Assembly (NCBI GenBank): GCA_902567855.1
Contig: CACFOQ010000001.1
Span: forward strand, 64,308 to 128,307
Direction of reading: 5' to 3'
DNA from: an uncultured Alphaproteobacteria bacterium
GTDB taxonomy: Bacteria > Pseudomonadota > Alphaproteobacteria > HIMB59 > GCA-002718135
Length of the DNA: 64,000 nt
Shown: one piece after another, positions 41,648 to 50,612 of the stretch
Layout of the letters: each line of letters opens with the position of its first letter
Position numbering within the stretch: position 1 is the stretch's first letter
Notes under the pieces: model-generated
Databases searched by the model: none
Told to the model about the DNA's origin: nothing
What the model saw: only the letters and a program-made list of their open reading frames with translations
Program-made: the position numbers and the translations under genes

Positions 41648-44590
41648 ATGTCAAAAAAAATTTCCTTTACTTTTGATGGAAAAAAATATTTTGGTAAAGA
41701 AAATCATTCTCTTGCTGATGCTTTGTTAGACAATGGAATATTTTTATTAGGCAGGAGTTTTAAATATCATAGGCCAAGAGGTCTTATAAGCGCTGGAAGT
41801 GAAGAGGCAAATGCAATAGTCCAATTAGAAACTGGAAATATTACTCAACCAAATGTAAGAGCAACAGAAATAACTCTATATGAAGGATTAAAAGCTAAAT
41901 CTCAAAACCGTTGGCCAACTTTAAATCTAGATATTGGTTCAATTAATGATTTTCTTTCACGTTTTTTTCCTGCTGGATTTTATTATAAAACTTTTATGTG
42001 GCCTCCTAAATTTTGGGAAAAATATGAGTACTTTATAAGAAGAGCTGCAGGTTTGGGAAAATCTCCTACTGATGATGATCCTGACAAATATGAACATTTT
42101 CATTACCATTGTGATGTACTTATAGTTGGAGGAGGAATAAGTGGTTTATATGCTGCTGAATTAGCAGCGAAAGCAAACTTAAAAGTTTTAGTATTAGAGC
42201 AATACCCTCAACTTGGTGGAGAAATAAATAATCAAGATAAATTAAGAGAAAGTGATCAAAATACAATTTTTCAAAATATTTATTCCAATCTAAAAAATTT
42301 TGATAATGTTAAAATAGTTACTAGCACAACAGTTTTTGCTTACATGCATAATAATTACTTACTTGCATCTCAAAAAACTAATAATAAAAAAATCAGAGAA
42401 ATCATTTGGAAAATAAGAGCAAAAAAAGTAGTTTTATCGACAGGATCAATAGAAAGACCATTAACATTTCATAATAATGATAGGCCTGGCATAATGCTTT
42501 CACACAGTGCAAGAAAATATGCAAATAAAGGAATAGATTTAGGAAAAAATATAATCGTTTTTACAAATAATGATTATGCTTATGAAGCAGCTATAGACTT
42601 AAAATTAATTAATAATGAAAACAAAGTAACTGTTGTTGATATTCGCAATGATTCAAAAGGAGATCTTATAAAAAAAGCAAAGACCCTTGGAATAAAAATT
42701 CTTTTTAACCATGTTGTAACTAATACTAAGGGAAGAAAGAAGATTAATTCAGTTTTTGTTCACAAAATTGATAATGAAAAAAATAAGATAATTGATAATT
42801 ATGGAAAAATTTCTTGTGATATACTATGTATTTCTGGAGGGTGGTCCCCTACTGTTCACCTCTTTACACAATCTAGAGGTAAATTAATATATCGAGAATC
42901 TGACGCAACTTTTATACCAAATGAATCTTTTCAAAATGAAATCAGCATAGGCGCTTGTAATGGCACATATGCTTTAGATAAAATATTAGAAGAAACAGAT
43001 AATAAAATGTCAAATTTATTATCTAGTTTTAAAATAAATATTAAGAATAATAATCACGCAAGTTTAAATAAAATAAAGAAAATCTTTTACGATAAAATGA
43101 AACATCTTTGGATTATTCCTTCGAATATTGATTTTAAAAAAACTAAAATGTTTGTTGATTTTCAAAATGATGTAACGGCAAAAGATATACAATTAGCTCT
43201 AAAAGAAGGATATAGATCTATAGAACATGTAAAGCGGTATACAACTACTGGTATGGCTACTGATCAGGGGAAAACGAGTAATATTAACGCTCTTGGTATT
43301 ATTTCTAAATTAACTGACACACCTATTTATAAACTTGGAACTACTACTTTTAGACTACCATACACTCCAGTGACTTTTGGTGCATTAGCAGGAAGACATG
43401 TAAAAGAATTTTTTGACGTTGAAAGAACTACTCCAATGCATCAATGGCATTTAGATAATAAAGCTAAATTTGAGGATGTGGGTCAATGGAAAAGAGCCTG
43501 GTACTACCCAATTAATAATGAAGATATGCATCAAGCAGTAAATCGAGAAGTTAAAGCAACAAGAAATGGTATAGGAATTCTTGATGCTTCAACTTTAGGA
43601 AAGATAGATATTAAAGGACGTGATGCAAATGAATTTCTAAATAGGGTGTACACAAATTCATGGTCAAAACTTGGTATTGGAAAATGTCGATATGGGTTAA
43701 TGCTTGGAGATGACGGAATGGTGATAGATGATGGAGTTACAAGTAGACTTAGTGAAAATCATTATATAATGACTACAACTACAGGTAATGCTGCAAGTGT
43801 AATGAGTAAATTGGAAGACTGGTTGCAAACAGAGTGGCCTGAACTTAAAGTTTTTCTTACCTCTGTTACGGAACAATTTGCTACAATTAGTATTAATGGT
43901 CCATTTGCTACAAATCTAATTCAAAAACTTTGTGTAAATTTTGATTTTTCTTATGAAAATTTCCCTCATATGAGTTTTAAAAATATTGAAATAGGTGGCG
44001 TGAACTGTCGCGTAATGCGTATTAGTTTTACTGGAGAAAAATGTTACGAAATTAATGTGCCATCAAGTTATGCTCAATCTTTATGGTCAAAATGCTTTGA
44101 ACTTGGAAAAGAATTTAACATCACCCCTTATGGAACAGAAGCTATGCATGTTTTAAGAGCAGAAAAAGGATTTGTCATTGTTGGGCAAGAAACTGATGGA
44201 TCAGTTACTCCTATTGATTTGGATATGAGCTGGATTGTAAATAAAAAAAAATATGATTTTATAGGCAAAAGAGCTCTTTATAGAAGTGATACATCAAGAG
44301 AAGATAGAAAACAATTAGTGGGAATATTAACTAAAGATCCAAATATAGTTTTGGAAGAAGGTGCTCAACTTGTTGAAAAAGTTTCTAAACCTCCTATGAA
44401 AATGATTGGTCATATTACTTCTAGTTATTACTCACCTAATTTAGGGAGATCAATTGCCTTAGCTCTCGTAAAAGAAGGATTAAAGAAAAAAGGAAAAAAA
44501 ATATATGCTCCTATGCCCAACAAAACTATAGAAGTTGAAATATGTAATCCTGTATTTATTGACCCTTCAAATGAAAGGCTTAGTGCATGA
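41648..44590 (+). CDS. soxA: Sarcosine oxidase, alpha subunit
   Basis: About 980 aa from the ATG at 41648 (MSKKISFTFDGKK...), 1 nt after the soxD stop. 'DVLIVGGGISGLYAAELAA' dinucleotide fold and a C-terminal GcvT-like folate-binding domain ('GILDASTLGKIDIKG'). Confidence 0.9.
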   Translation: MSKKISFTFDGKKYFGKENHSLADALLDNGIFLLGRSFKYHRPRGLISAGSEEANAIVQLETGNITQPNVRATEITLYEGLKAKSQNRWPTLNLDIGSINDFLSRFFPAGFYYKTFMWPPKFWEKYEYFIRRAAGLGKSPTDDDPDKYEHFHYHCDVLIVGGGISGLYAAELAAKANLKVLVLEQYPQLGGEINNQDKLRESDQNTIFQNIYSNLKNFDNVKIVTSTTVFAYMHNNYLLASQKTNNKKIREIIWKIRAKKVVLSTGSIERPLTFHNNDRPGIMLSHSARKYANKGIDLGKNIIVFTNNDYAYEAAIDLKLINNENKVTVVDIRNDSKGDLIKKAKTLGIKILFNHVVTNTKGRKKINSVFVHKIDNEKNKIIDNYGKISCDILCISGGWSPTVHLFTQSRGKLIYRESDATFIPNESFQNEISIGACNGTYALDKILEETDNKMSNLLSSFKINIKNNNHASLNKIKKIFYDKMKHLWIIPSNIDFKKTKMFVDFQNDVTAKDIQLALKEGYRSIEHVKRYTTTGMATDQGKTSNINALGIISKLTDTPIYKLGTTTFRLPYTPVTFGALAGRHVKEFFDVERTTPMHQWHLDNKAKFEDVGQWKRAWYYPINNEDMHQAVNREVKATRNGIGILDASTLGKIDIKGRDANEFLNRVYTNSWSKLGIGKCRYGLMLGDDGMVIDDGVTSRLSENHYIMTTTTGNAASVMSKLEDWLQTEWPELKVFLTSVTEQFATISINGPFATNLIQKLCVNFDFSYENFPHMSFKNIEIGGVNCRVMRISFTGEKCYEINVPSSYAQSLWSKCFELGKEFNITPYGTEAMHVLRAEKGFVIVGQETDGSVTPIDLDMSWIVNKKKYDFIGKRALYRSDTSREDRKQLVGILTKDPNIVLEEGAQLVEKVSKPPMKMIGHITSSYYSPNLGRSIALALVKEGLKKKGKKIYAPMPNKTIEVEICNPVFIDPSNERLSA

Positions 44591-45162
44591 ATTTACAACA
44601 AGATAACTGTATAAAATCTTTAAGTAATAATAAAGTTGAAAATCACTTTGGAGTAGAGATCCAAGAACTACCTTTTATAAATAAGATAAATGTAAGAATT
44701 GATACCAACGATAATAAAAATATAATAAAATGTGGAAAATTAATAAATGCTATATTGCCAGTTCAAGCTAATACTTATGTTACAAATGACAATGTAAAAG
44801 TAATATGGCTGGGACCAAATGAATGGTTAATAACTAATAATCAAAACTTATATAAAAATTTAAAAAATGAAATAGGTGATATTCAAGCTAGTGTCACAGA
44901 TGTATCAGAAAATAGAACAGTAATTAGAATATCAGGTGATCAAATCTTTAAATTATTATCTAAATTTTTGGTTTTAGATTTAGAAAAAAATTTATCAGAT
45001 GAATCATCATGTGCCCAAACATTATTTGTAAAAGTTCCTGTACTTTTAGTTAGAAATAATAACGAAAAACAAATTCCAGAAATTGATATTTTTACTAATA
45101 GATCTCATGCTAAATATATCTACAATTTAATTGTGGATGGAAGCCAGTATCTTGATTTTTAA
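44587..45162 (+). CDS. soxG: Sarcosine oxidase, gamma subunit
   Basis: 191 aa. 4-nt overlap with soxA. Size and position fit soxG. The sequence itself is weakly diagnostic. Confidence 0.75.
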   Translation: MNLQQDNCIKSLSNNKVENHFGVEIQELPFINKINVRIDTNDNKNIIKCGKLINAILPVQANTYVTNDNVKVIWLGPNEWLITNNQNLYKNLKNEIGDIQASVTDVSENRTVIRISGDQIFKLLSKFLVLDLEKNLSDESSCAQTLFVKVPVLLVRNNNEKQIPEIDIFTNRSHAKYIYNLIVDGSQYLDF

Positions 45163-45628
45163 ATTTTTTTTAATAATTTTTATTTTTTTCTTCTTCTTTA
45201 ATGGAAATCAAAATCAAAAATCTATTTTAGGAAAAGCTAGAATAATTGATGGAGACACTATTCATATAGGAAATAACAAGATTAGACTGCACGGAATTGA
45301 TGCTCCTGAAATAAATCAGGAATGTAGTTATAATAATGAAGATTGGAAATGTGGACAGCTATCAAAAAACTTTTTATTAAATTTAATAAATTTAGATGTA
45401 GTAAACTGCCAAGTTAAGACTATAGATAAATATAAAAGGTATATTGCAATTTGTTTTGTGAATAATTTAAATATTAACGAAACGATGGTTAAAAATGGAT
45501 GGGCTATAGCATATCGATATTATTCAAAAGATTATGTAAATGAAGAATTGATTGCTAAAAAAAATAAGGTTGGTATTTGGAAAGGAAAATTTATTGAACC
45601 TTATTTGTTCAGAAAAAAAAATAATTAA
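45131..45628 (+). CDS. Secreted/membrane-anchored thermonuclease (staphylococcal nuclease, SNase, homolog)
   Basis: 165 aa. Hydrophobic N-terminus 'ILIFKFFLIIFIFFFFF' and the SNase core 'IIDGDTIHIGNNKIRLHGIDAPE'. The start is uncertain (45131 or 45137). Overlaps the soxG 3' end. Confidence 0.8.
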   Translation: MWMEASILIFKFFLIIFIFFFFFNGNQNQKSILGKARIIDGDTIHIGNNKIRLHGIDAPEINQECSYNNEDWKCGQLSKNFLLNLINLDVVNCQVKTIDKYKRYIAICFVNNLNINETMVKNGWAIAYRYYSKDYVNEELIAKKNKVGIWKGKFIEPYLFRKKNN

Positions 45629-45632
45629 TGTT

Positions 45633-46295
45633 TTATTGGTGATGAGAAGTATCTTGCAAAACTTTAATCAATAAATTTTGCTCTTCAATTAAATTCTCTA
45701 ATTCATAAATTTGTTTTTGTAGTTCTTTTTTTTGGTTATTTAATTTTATATTTTTATTTGAGATAATCTTATATTCCCTTAAAAGAACATCATTCTCATT
45801 ATTTGAGTCAACCAAACTATTTTGTAATAATTTTTTTTCTTCATTAATATTGAATAAAGTTTTATTTAATTTTTCAATTTCTTGCTTTGCTTCTAATTTT
45901 ATTTTGCTAATATCATTATTAATAGTTTTAATTTGATCTTTTTCTCTATTATCAAGCTTTAATTGATCTTCTAAATTTGTAACTAATTTAGATAGTTTTT
46001 TTATTTCAATTTTATGGTTTAAAATATCTTCTTTAAATACTTTGATTTGTTTATCTCTAAAAATTATTTTCTGTTCTTTATCAAAAATTTTTAATTCTAA
46101 TTCCTCAATTGTTGAATTGAAATTCGGCTCAATAATTTCATTTTCTTTTGGTAAAAAATCATCAGTTGGAATATTCTCATTTAATTGTATTCTGGGATTT
46201 ATAAAAAAATATAAAATAACAATTAATAATATAGATAAAAATATAAGGGTATTTCGCCTTTTTTTTCTTGCTCTTTCTCCTACAAAACCTGCCAT
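45633..46295 (-). CDS. Hypothetical membrane-anchored coiled-coil protein
   Basis: 220 aa. Basic N-terminus plus one TM ('LIFLSILLIVILYFFI'), followed by about 170 aa of uninterrupted heptad-like K/E/N/L sequence. Confidence 0.4.
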   Translation of the reverse strand: MAGFVGERARKKRRNTLIFLSILLIVILYFFINPRIQLNENIPTDDFLPKENEIIEPNFNSTIEELELKIFDKEQKIIFRDKQIKVFKEDILNHKIEIKKLSKLVTNLEDQLKLDNREKDQIKTINNDISKIKLEAKQEIEKLNKTLFNINEEKKLLQNSLVDSNNENDVLLREYKIISNKNIKLNNQKKELQKQIYELENLIEEQNLLIKVLQDTSHHQ

Positions 46296-46354
46296 ATTAA
46301 ATTCAATTTATTTATCTCATTACTAAAAAATTATAATTAAAACAAATAAATGTT

Positions 46355-47188
46355 TTAATTAAGGTATTTTGAAGGATCTAAAGAATAAGTTTGTTTACGA
46401 ATATATTTAGTAATTTCTTTTAAATCACCTATTTCTTTTAACTTGTTGAAGTCAATCACCTCACCAATATGTAAATTAATTGTATCACCAATTTTTCTTT
46501 TTAATTCGTACATCATCAAAGAATATCTAAAAGTTTGTCCTATTTTATTTGCGATATGAAAAAGTTGGCTATTTTCACCTTCAAAAAAAATTGGTAAGAT
46601 TGGAGAATTAGTTTTAATTGCTAATTTAGAAGTAAATTGCTTCCAATCTCCATCATCAGCTTTAATTTTTTTGCTAATTTTATTTTTTGTTGCTATTTGT
46701 CCAGAAGGAAAAATAACCACTAAACCATTATTGATTAAATGTGACTCAGCTAATTTTCGAGCTTCAATATTACTTTTCACTGCCTCTCTGGTTCCAGAAA
46801 AATCTATAGGAATAATTTTTTCTTTTACTGCTTCTGCCTGTCTTAGAATTTTATGTGTAATCATTTTATAATCTTGTCTTAATTTTGAAATTAAAGAACA
46901 AATCGTAACACCATCAGCAACTCCAAAAGCATGATTTGCAACTACAATTAATCTGCCATTATTAGGTATGCCAATTTCAGAATGATAATGTGAAACTACA
47001 CTTAGCTGTAATTTTTTTAATGCATCATTCCAAAAATTTTCGGGTGGATTATTTTCTAACAAATATTGGTCGTAAAGTTTTTTTAAAATTAATTTACCTG
47101 TCAATAATTCAGTAATTTTGATAAATTGTTGACCAATTTTACTAACTTCTGCAGATGCGAAAGTAAAAGCTAATTTATTATCTTTCAT
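46355..47188 (-). CDS. Lysophospholipid/glycerolipid acyltransferase family protein
   Basis: 277 aa with the H(x)4D acyltransferase motif in 'VANHAFGVADG' and 'VIFPSGQ' (block III-like). Confidence 0.6.
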   Translation of the reverse strand: MKDNKLAFTFASAEVSKIGQQFIKITELLTGKLILKKLYDQYLLENNPPENFWNDALKKLQLSVVSHYHSEIGIPNNGRLIVVANHAFGVADGVTICSLISKLRQDYKMITHKILRQAEAVKEKIIPIDFSGTREAVKSNIEARKLAESHLINNGLVVIFPSGQIATKNKISKKIKADDGDWKQFTSKLAIKTNSPILPIFFEGENSQLFHIANKIGQTFRYSLMMYELKRKIGDTINLHIGEVIDFNKLKEIGDLKEITKYIRKQTYSLDPSKYLN

Positions 47189-47241
47189 TAATAAAAAATT
47201 TATTTGTAATCATAACTTTGAAAATAATTATCAATAATTTA

Positions 47242-48879
47242 TTACATATTTGCATAATTAGGACCCCCTGCTCCTTCAGGGGTAACCCAATTAATATTTT
47301 GAGATGGTTCTTTGATATCGCAAGTTTTGCAATGAATACAATTTTGAGCATTTATTACAAATTGTGGATTTAGTCCCTGTGAATCTTTTTGAACTTCATA
47401 CACTCCAGCAGGACAATATCTCTGGGAAGGTTCATCATATTTTTCTAAGCAATAATTAATAGGTAAGTTTTTATCATTTAATTGTAAATGAACAGGTTGG
47501 TTTTCTTCATGATTAGTCCCAGTTAAATAAACAGAGCTGGTTTTATCAAAAGTCAAAATATTATCATACTTTGGATATTGAATTTTTTTCGCTTTATTTG
47601 CAGGAATTAAAGTTTCATGATCAGCATGCGGATGTTTTAGTGTGAAAGGAAGTTTTCCTCTAAAAATAACTTGATCTAAACCTGTAAAAATAATTGCAGG
47701 TATTAATCCCCAGTTGAAGCTTGGTTTGACATTTCTTGCTAAGTATAATTCTTTATATACCCAAGAATTTTTAAATTTTTTTTCATAAGATGATAAAGGT
47801 GTTTTATTCCTAATAAAATCATATGCACTTTCAGCCGCTAGAATTCCACTTTTCATAGCAGTGTGTGAGCCTTTAATTTTTGGCATATTTAAAGTTCCTG
47901 CATCGCATCCAATAAGTAAACCACCTGGCATATGCATTTGAGGCAAACTTTGTATTCCTCCTTCTATTAATGCTCTAGCTCCATAAGATAATCTTTTGCC
48001 TCCCTTGAGTAATTTACTAATTGAAGAATGTGTTTTAAAACGTTGAAATTCATCATACGGAGATAAATGTGGATTTTTGTAGTCTAATCCAATTACATAG
48101 CCAATAAAAACTTGATTATTTTCAGCATGATAACAAAAACTTCCACCATATGTTTTATTATCTAAAGGCCATCCAGTTGTATGCATCACAAGACCCTCTT
48201 CATGATTATTATTATCAATTTCCCAGATCTCTTTAAAACCAATGCCATACTGCTGAGGAGATTTATTTTTATTAAGCTTGAATTTTTTTATTACCTGCTT
48301 CCCTAAATGACCCCTACAGCCTTCAGCTAATATTGTCACCTTACCGTGAATTTCTATTCCTGGTTCAAAATTATCTTTTTTATTCCCTTCTTTATCTAAG
48401 CCCATGTCTCCTGTTTGAACGCCTTTAAGAGAATTATCAGAATTGTATAATAATTTTGAAGCAGCAAATCCTGGAAATATTTCTACACCTAAACTTTCTG
48501 CCTTATCTGCAAGCCATCGACATAGATTGCCAAGACTAATAATATAATTATTATGATTTTTTTGAACTGAAGGTAATAACCACGTAGGCCAACTTAAAGA
48601 TGAATTTTGGCTTAAAAACATAAATTTTTCTTTTTGTACCTTTGTTTTTATTGGAGCTTCTTCTTCCTTCCAAGTAGGAATTAACTCATCAAGAGCCCTG
48701 GTTTCAAAAACATTTCCACTAAGAATATGAGCACCTACTTCAGAACCTTTTTCTAAAATACAAACTGAAATTTCTGAGTCAAGTTGCCGTAATTTTATTG
48801 CTGTAGAAAGTCCTGCTGGACCAGCTCCAACAATGACAACATCATATTCCATTATTTCTCTTTTAACTTCCTCAACCAT
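47242..48879 (-). CDS. Electron-transfer flavoprotein:ubiquinone oxidoreductase (ETF-QO)
   Basis: 545 aa with the FAD fold 'DVVIVGAGPAGLS' and the C-terminal 4Fe-4S motif 'CIHCKTCDIK'. Confidence 0.92.
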   Translation of the reverse strand: MVEEVKREIMEYDVVIVGAGPAGLSTAIKLRQLDSEISVCILEKGSEVGAHILSGNVFETRALDELIPTWKEEEAPIKTKVQKEKFMFLSQNSSLSWPTWLLPSVQKNHNNYIISLGNLCRWLADKAESLGVEIFPGFAASKLLYNSDNSLKGVQTGDMGLDKEGNKKDNFEPGIEIHGKVTILAEGCRGHLGKQVIKKFKLNKNKSPQQYGIGFKEIWEIDNNNHEEGLVMHTTGWPLDNKTYGGSFCYHAENNQVFIGYVIGLDYKNPHLSPYDEFQRFKTHSSISKLLKGGKRLSYGARALIEGGIQSLPQMHMPGGLLIGCDAGTLNMPKIKGSHTAMKSGILAAESAYDFIRNKTPLSSYEKKFKNSWVYKELYLARNVKPSFNWGLIPAIIFTGLDQVIFRGKLPFTLKHPHADHETLIPANKAKKIQYPKYDNILTFDKTSSVYLTGTNHEENQPVHLQLNDKNLPINYCLEKYDEPSQRYCPAGVYEVQKDSQGLNPQFVINAQNCIHCKTCDIKEPSQNINWVTPEGAGGPNYANM

Positions 48880-48905
48880 TAAAAATGAATATTTATTGTA
48901 AAATT

Positions 48906-49859
48906 CTACTTCTGGATAGTATTTAATTTATCTAATTCAGAAGATAATTGAGGTATTGCTTCAAATAAATCTGCACATAATCCATAGTCAGCAACATTAA
49001 AAATAGGAGCCTCTTCATCTTTATTTATTGCTACAATAATTTTACTCTCTTTCATACCTGCTAGATGCTGAATAGCTCCAGATATTCCAACAGCGATATA
49101 CAAATCTGGAACAACAACTTTACCTGTTTGGCCAACCTGAGAATCATTACTTATGTATCCTGCATCTACTGCTGCTCTCGAAGCACCAATCGCTGCATTT
49201 AATTTATCTGCAATTTTATTTAATAAAGAAAAATTTTCTGCGCTCCCTAATCCTCTTCCTCCTGAAATCACAATTCTAGCTGATCCTAATTCAGGTCTAT
49301 CAGATTTAGTTTCTTCTCTTCCTATAAATTCAACATTACTAATATCAATATCCAAGTCTAGATTTTGAATCTCTCCATTGCCACCTTCCTTAGAAACTGC
49401 ATCAAAAGAAGTTGGGCGAACAGTAATAACTTTTTTTGAATCATGTGATTGAACTGTAGCTAGTGCGTTACCGGCATAAATTGGTCTAACAAAAGTATCT
49501 TCTCCTTCAATTTTTATTATATCACTAATTTGAGCAACATCTAATAAAGCTGCAACACGAGGCATAATGTTTTTTCCAAAAGTTGATGCTGGAGCTAAAA
49601 TATGAGTATATTCTTCTGCACAAGAAGTAATTATTTTTGATATATTTTCTGCAATAGGATTTTCAAATTTTGTATCATCAATTAGTAAAATTTTCTTTAT
49701 ATATTGAGTATTTGACAATTCACTAGTTACGTTATTACAATCTAATCCAACTACAAGCACATCTATATTTTGATCTATCTGCGATGCTGCATTAATTGTG
49801 CTAAATGTTGAAGCTTTTACTGTTTCATTATTATGCTCAGCTATTACAAGTATTTTCAT
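48906..49859 (-). CDS. etfA: Electron transfer flavoprotein, alpha subunit
   Basis: 317 aa with the FAD-binding C-terminal signature 'PDLYIAVGISGAIQHLAGM'. Confidence 0.9.
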   Translation of the reverse strand: MKILVIAEHNNETVKASTFSTINAASQIDQNIDVLVVGLDCNNVTSELSNTQYIKKILLIDDTKFENPIAENISKIITSCAEEYTHILAPASTFGKNIMPRVAALLDVAQISDIIKIEGEDTFVRPIYAGNALATVQSHDSKKVITVRPTSFDAVSKEGGNGEIQNLDLDIDISNVEFIGREETKSDRPELGSARIVISGGRGLGSAENFSLLNKIADKLNAAIGASRAAVDAGYISNDSQVGQTGKVVVPDLYIAVGISGAIQHLAGMKESKIIVAINKDEEAPIFNVADYGLCADLFEAIPQLSSELDKLNTIQK

Positions 49860-50608
49860 TAAATTACCTTTGCTTCATTTTTAAGTTTTTGCACAAGTTC
49901 TGCTACATCAGCAACCATAATACCTTTGCTTCTTTTTGGTGGCTCAATAACTTTTAGTTGTTTTAATCTTGGAGCAATATCAATGCCAAGTTCTTCTGCA
50001 GATAAACTTTCTATTGGTTTCTTTTTTGCCTTCATAATATTTGGAAGAGAGGCATATCTTGGTTCATTTAATCTTAAATCACAAGTAGCTACAATTGGTA
50101 GAGGCATTTTTATAGTTTCCAAACCCTCATCAATTTCACGAGTAACTTTTATATTATCACCATCTATTTCAATTTTTGAGGCAAAGGTTGCTTGCGTCCA
50201 ATTCAATTTTGCTGAAACCATCTGACCTGTTTGATTGCTATCATCATCAATTGCTTGTTTACCCATTAGTATTAATTGCGGTTTCTCTTTATCTACAATT
50301 TTTTCTATTATTTTAGCTACTCCTAAAGGTTCAGTATCATTTGATGCCTTAACATAAATACCTCTATCAGCACCCATAGCAAGAGCAGTGCGAATAGTTT
50401 CTTGAGATTTTTCCTCTCCGATTGATAAAATTATTATTTCATCAGCTTTTCCTGATTCTTTTATTCTTAAAGCCTCTTCCACAGCATTTTCATCAGGAGG
50501 ATTCATAGACATTTTAACATTATCAGTTTCAACGCCTGATTGATCACTTTTAACTCTTATTTGAACATTGTAATCAATAACTCTTTTTACAGTAACTAAT
50601 ACTTTCAT
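49859..50608 (-). CDS. etfB: Electron transfer flavoprotein, beta subunit
   Basis: 249 aa with '[14 protein letters not shown]' and '[12 protein letters not shown]'. 1-nt overlap with etfA. Confidence 0.9.
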   Translation of the reverse strand: MKVLVTVKRVIDYNVQIRVKSDQSGVETDNVKMSMNPPDENAVEEALRIKESGKADEIIILSIGEEKSQETIRTALAMGADRGIYVKASNDTEPLGVAKIIEKIVDKEKPQLILMGKQAIDDDSNQTGQMVSAKLNWTQATFASKIEIDGDNIKVTREIDEGLETIKMPLPIVATCDLRLNEPRYASLPNIMKAKKKPIESLSAEELGIDIAPRLKQLKVIEPPKRSKGIMVADVAELVQKLKNEAKVI

Positions 50609-50612
50609 ATAA

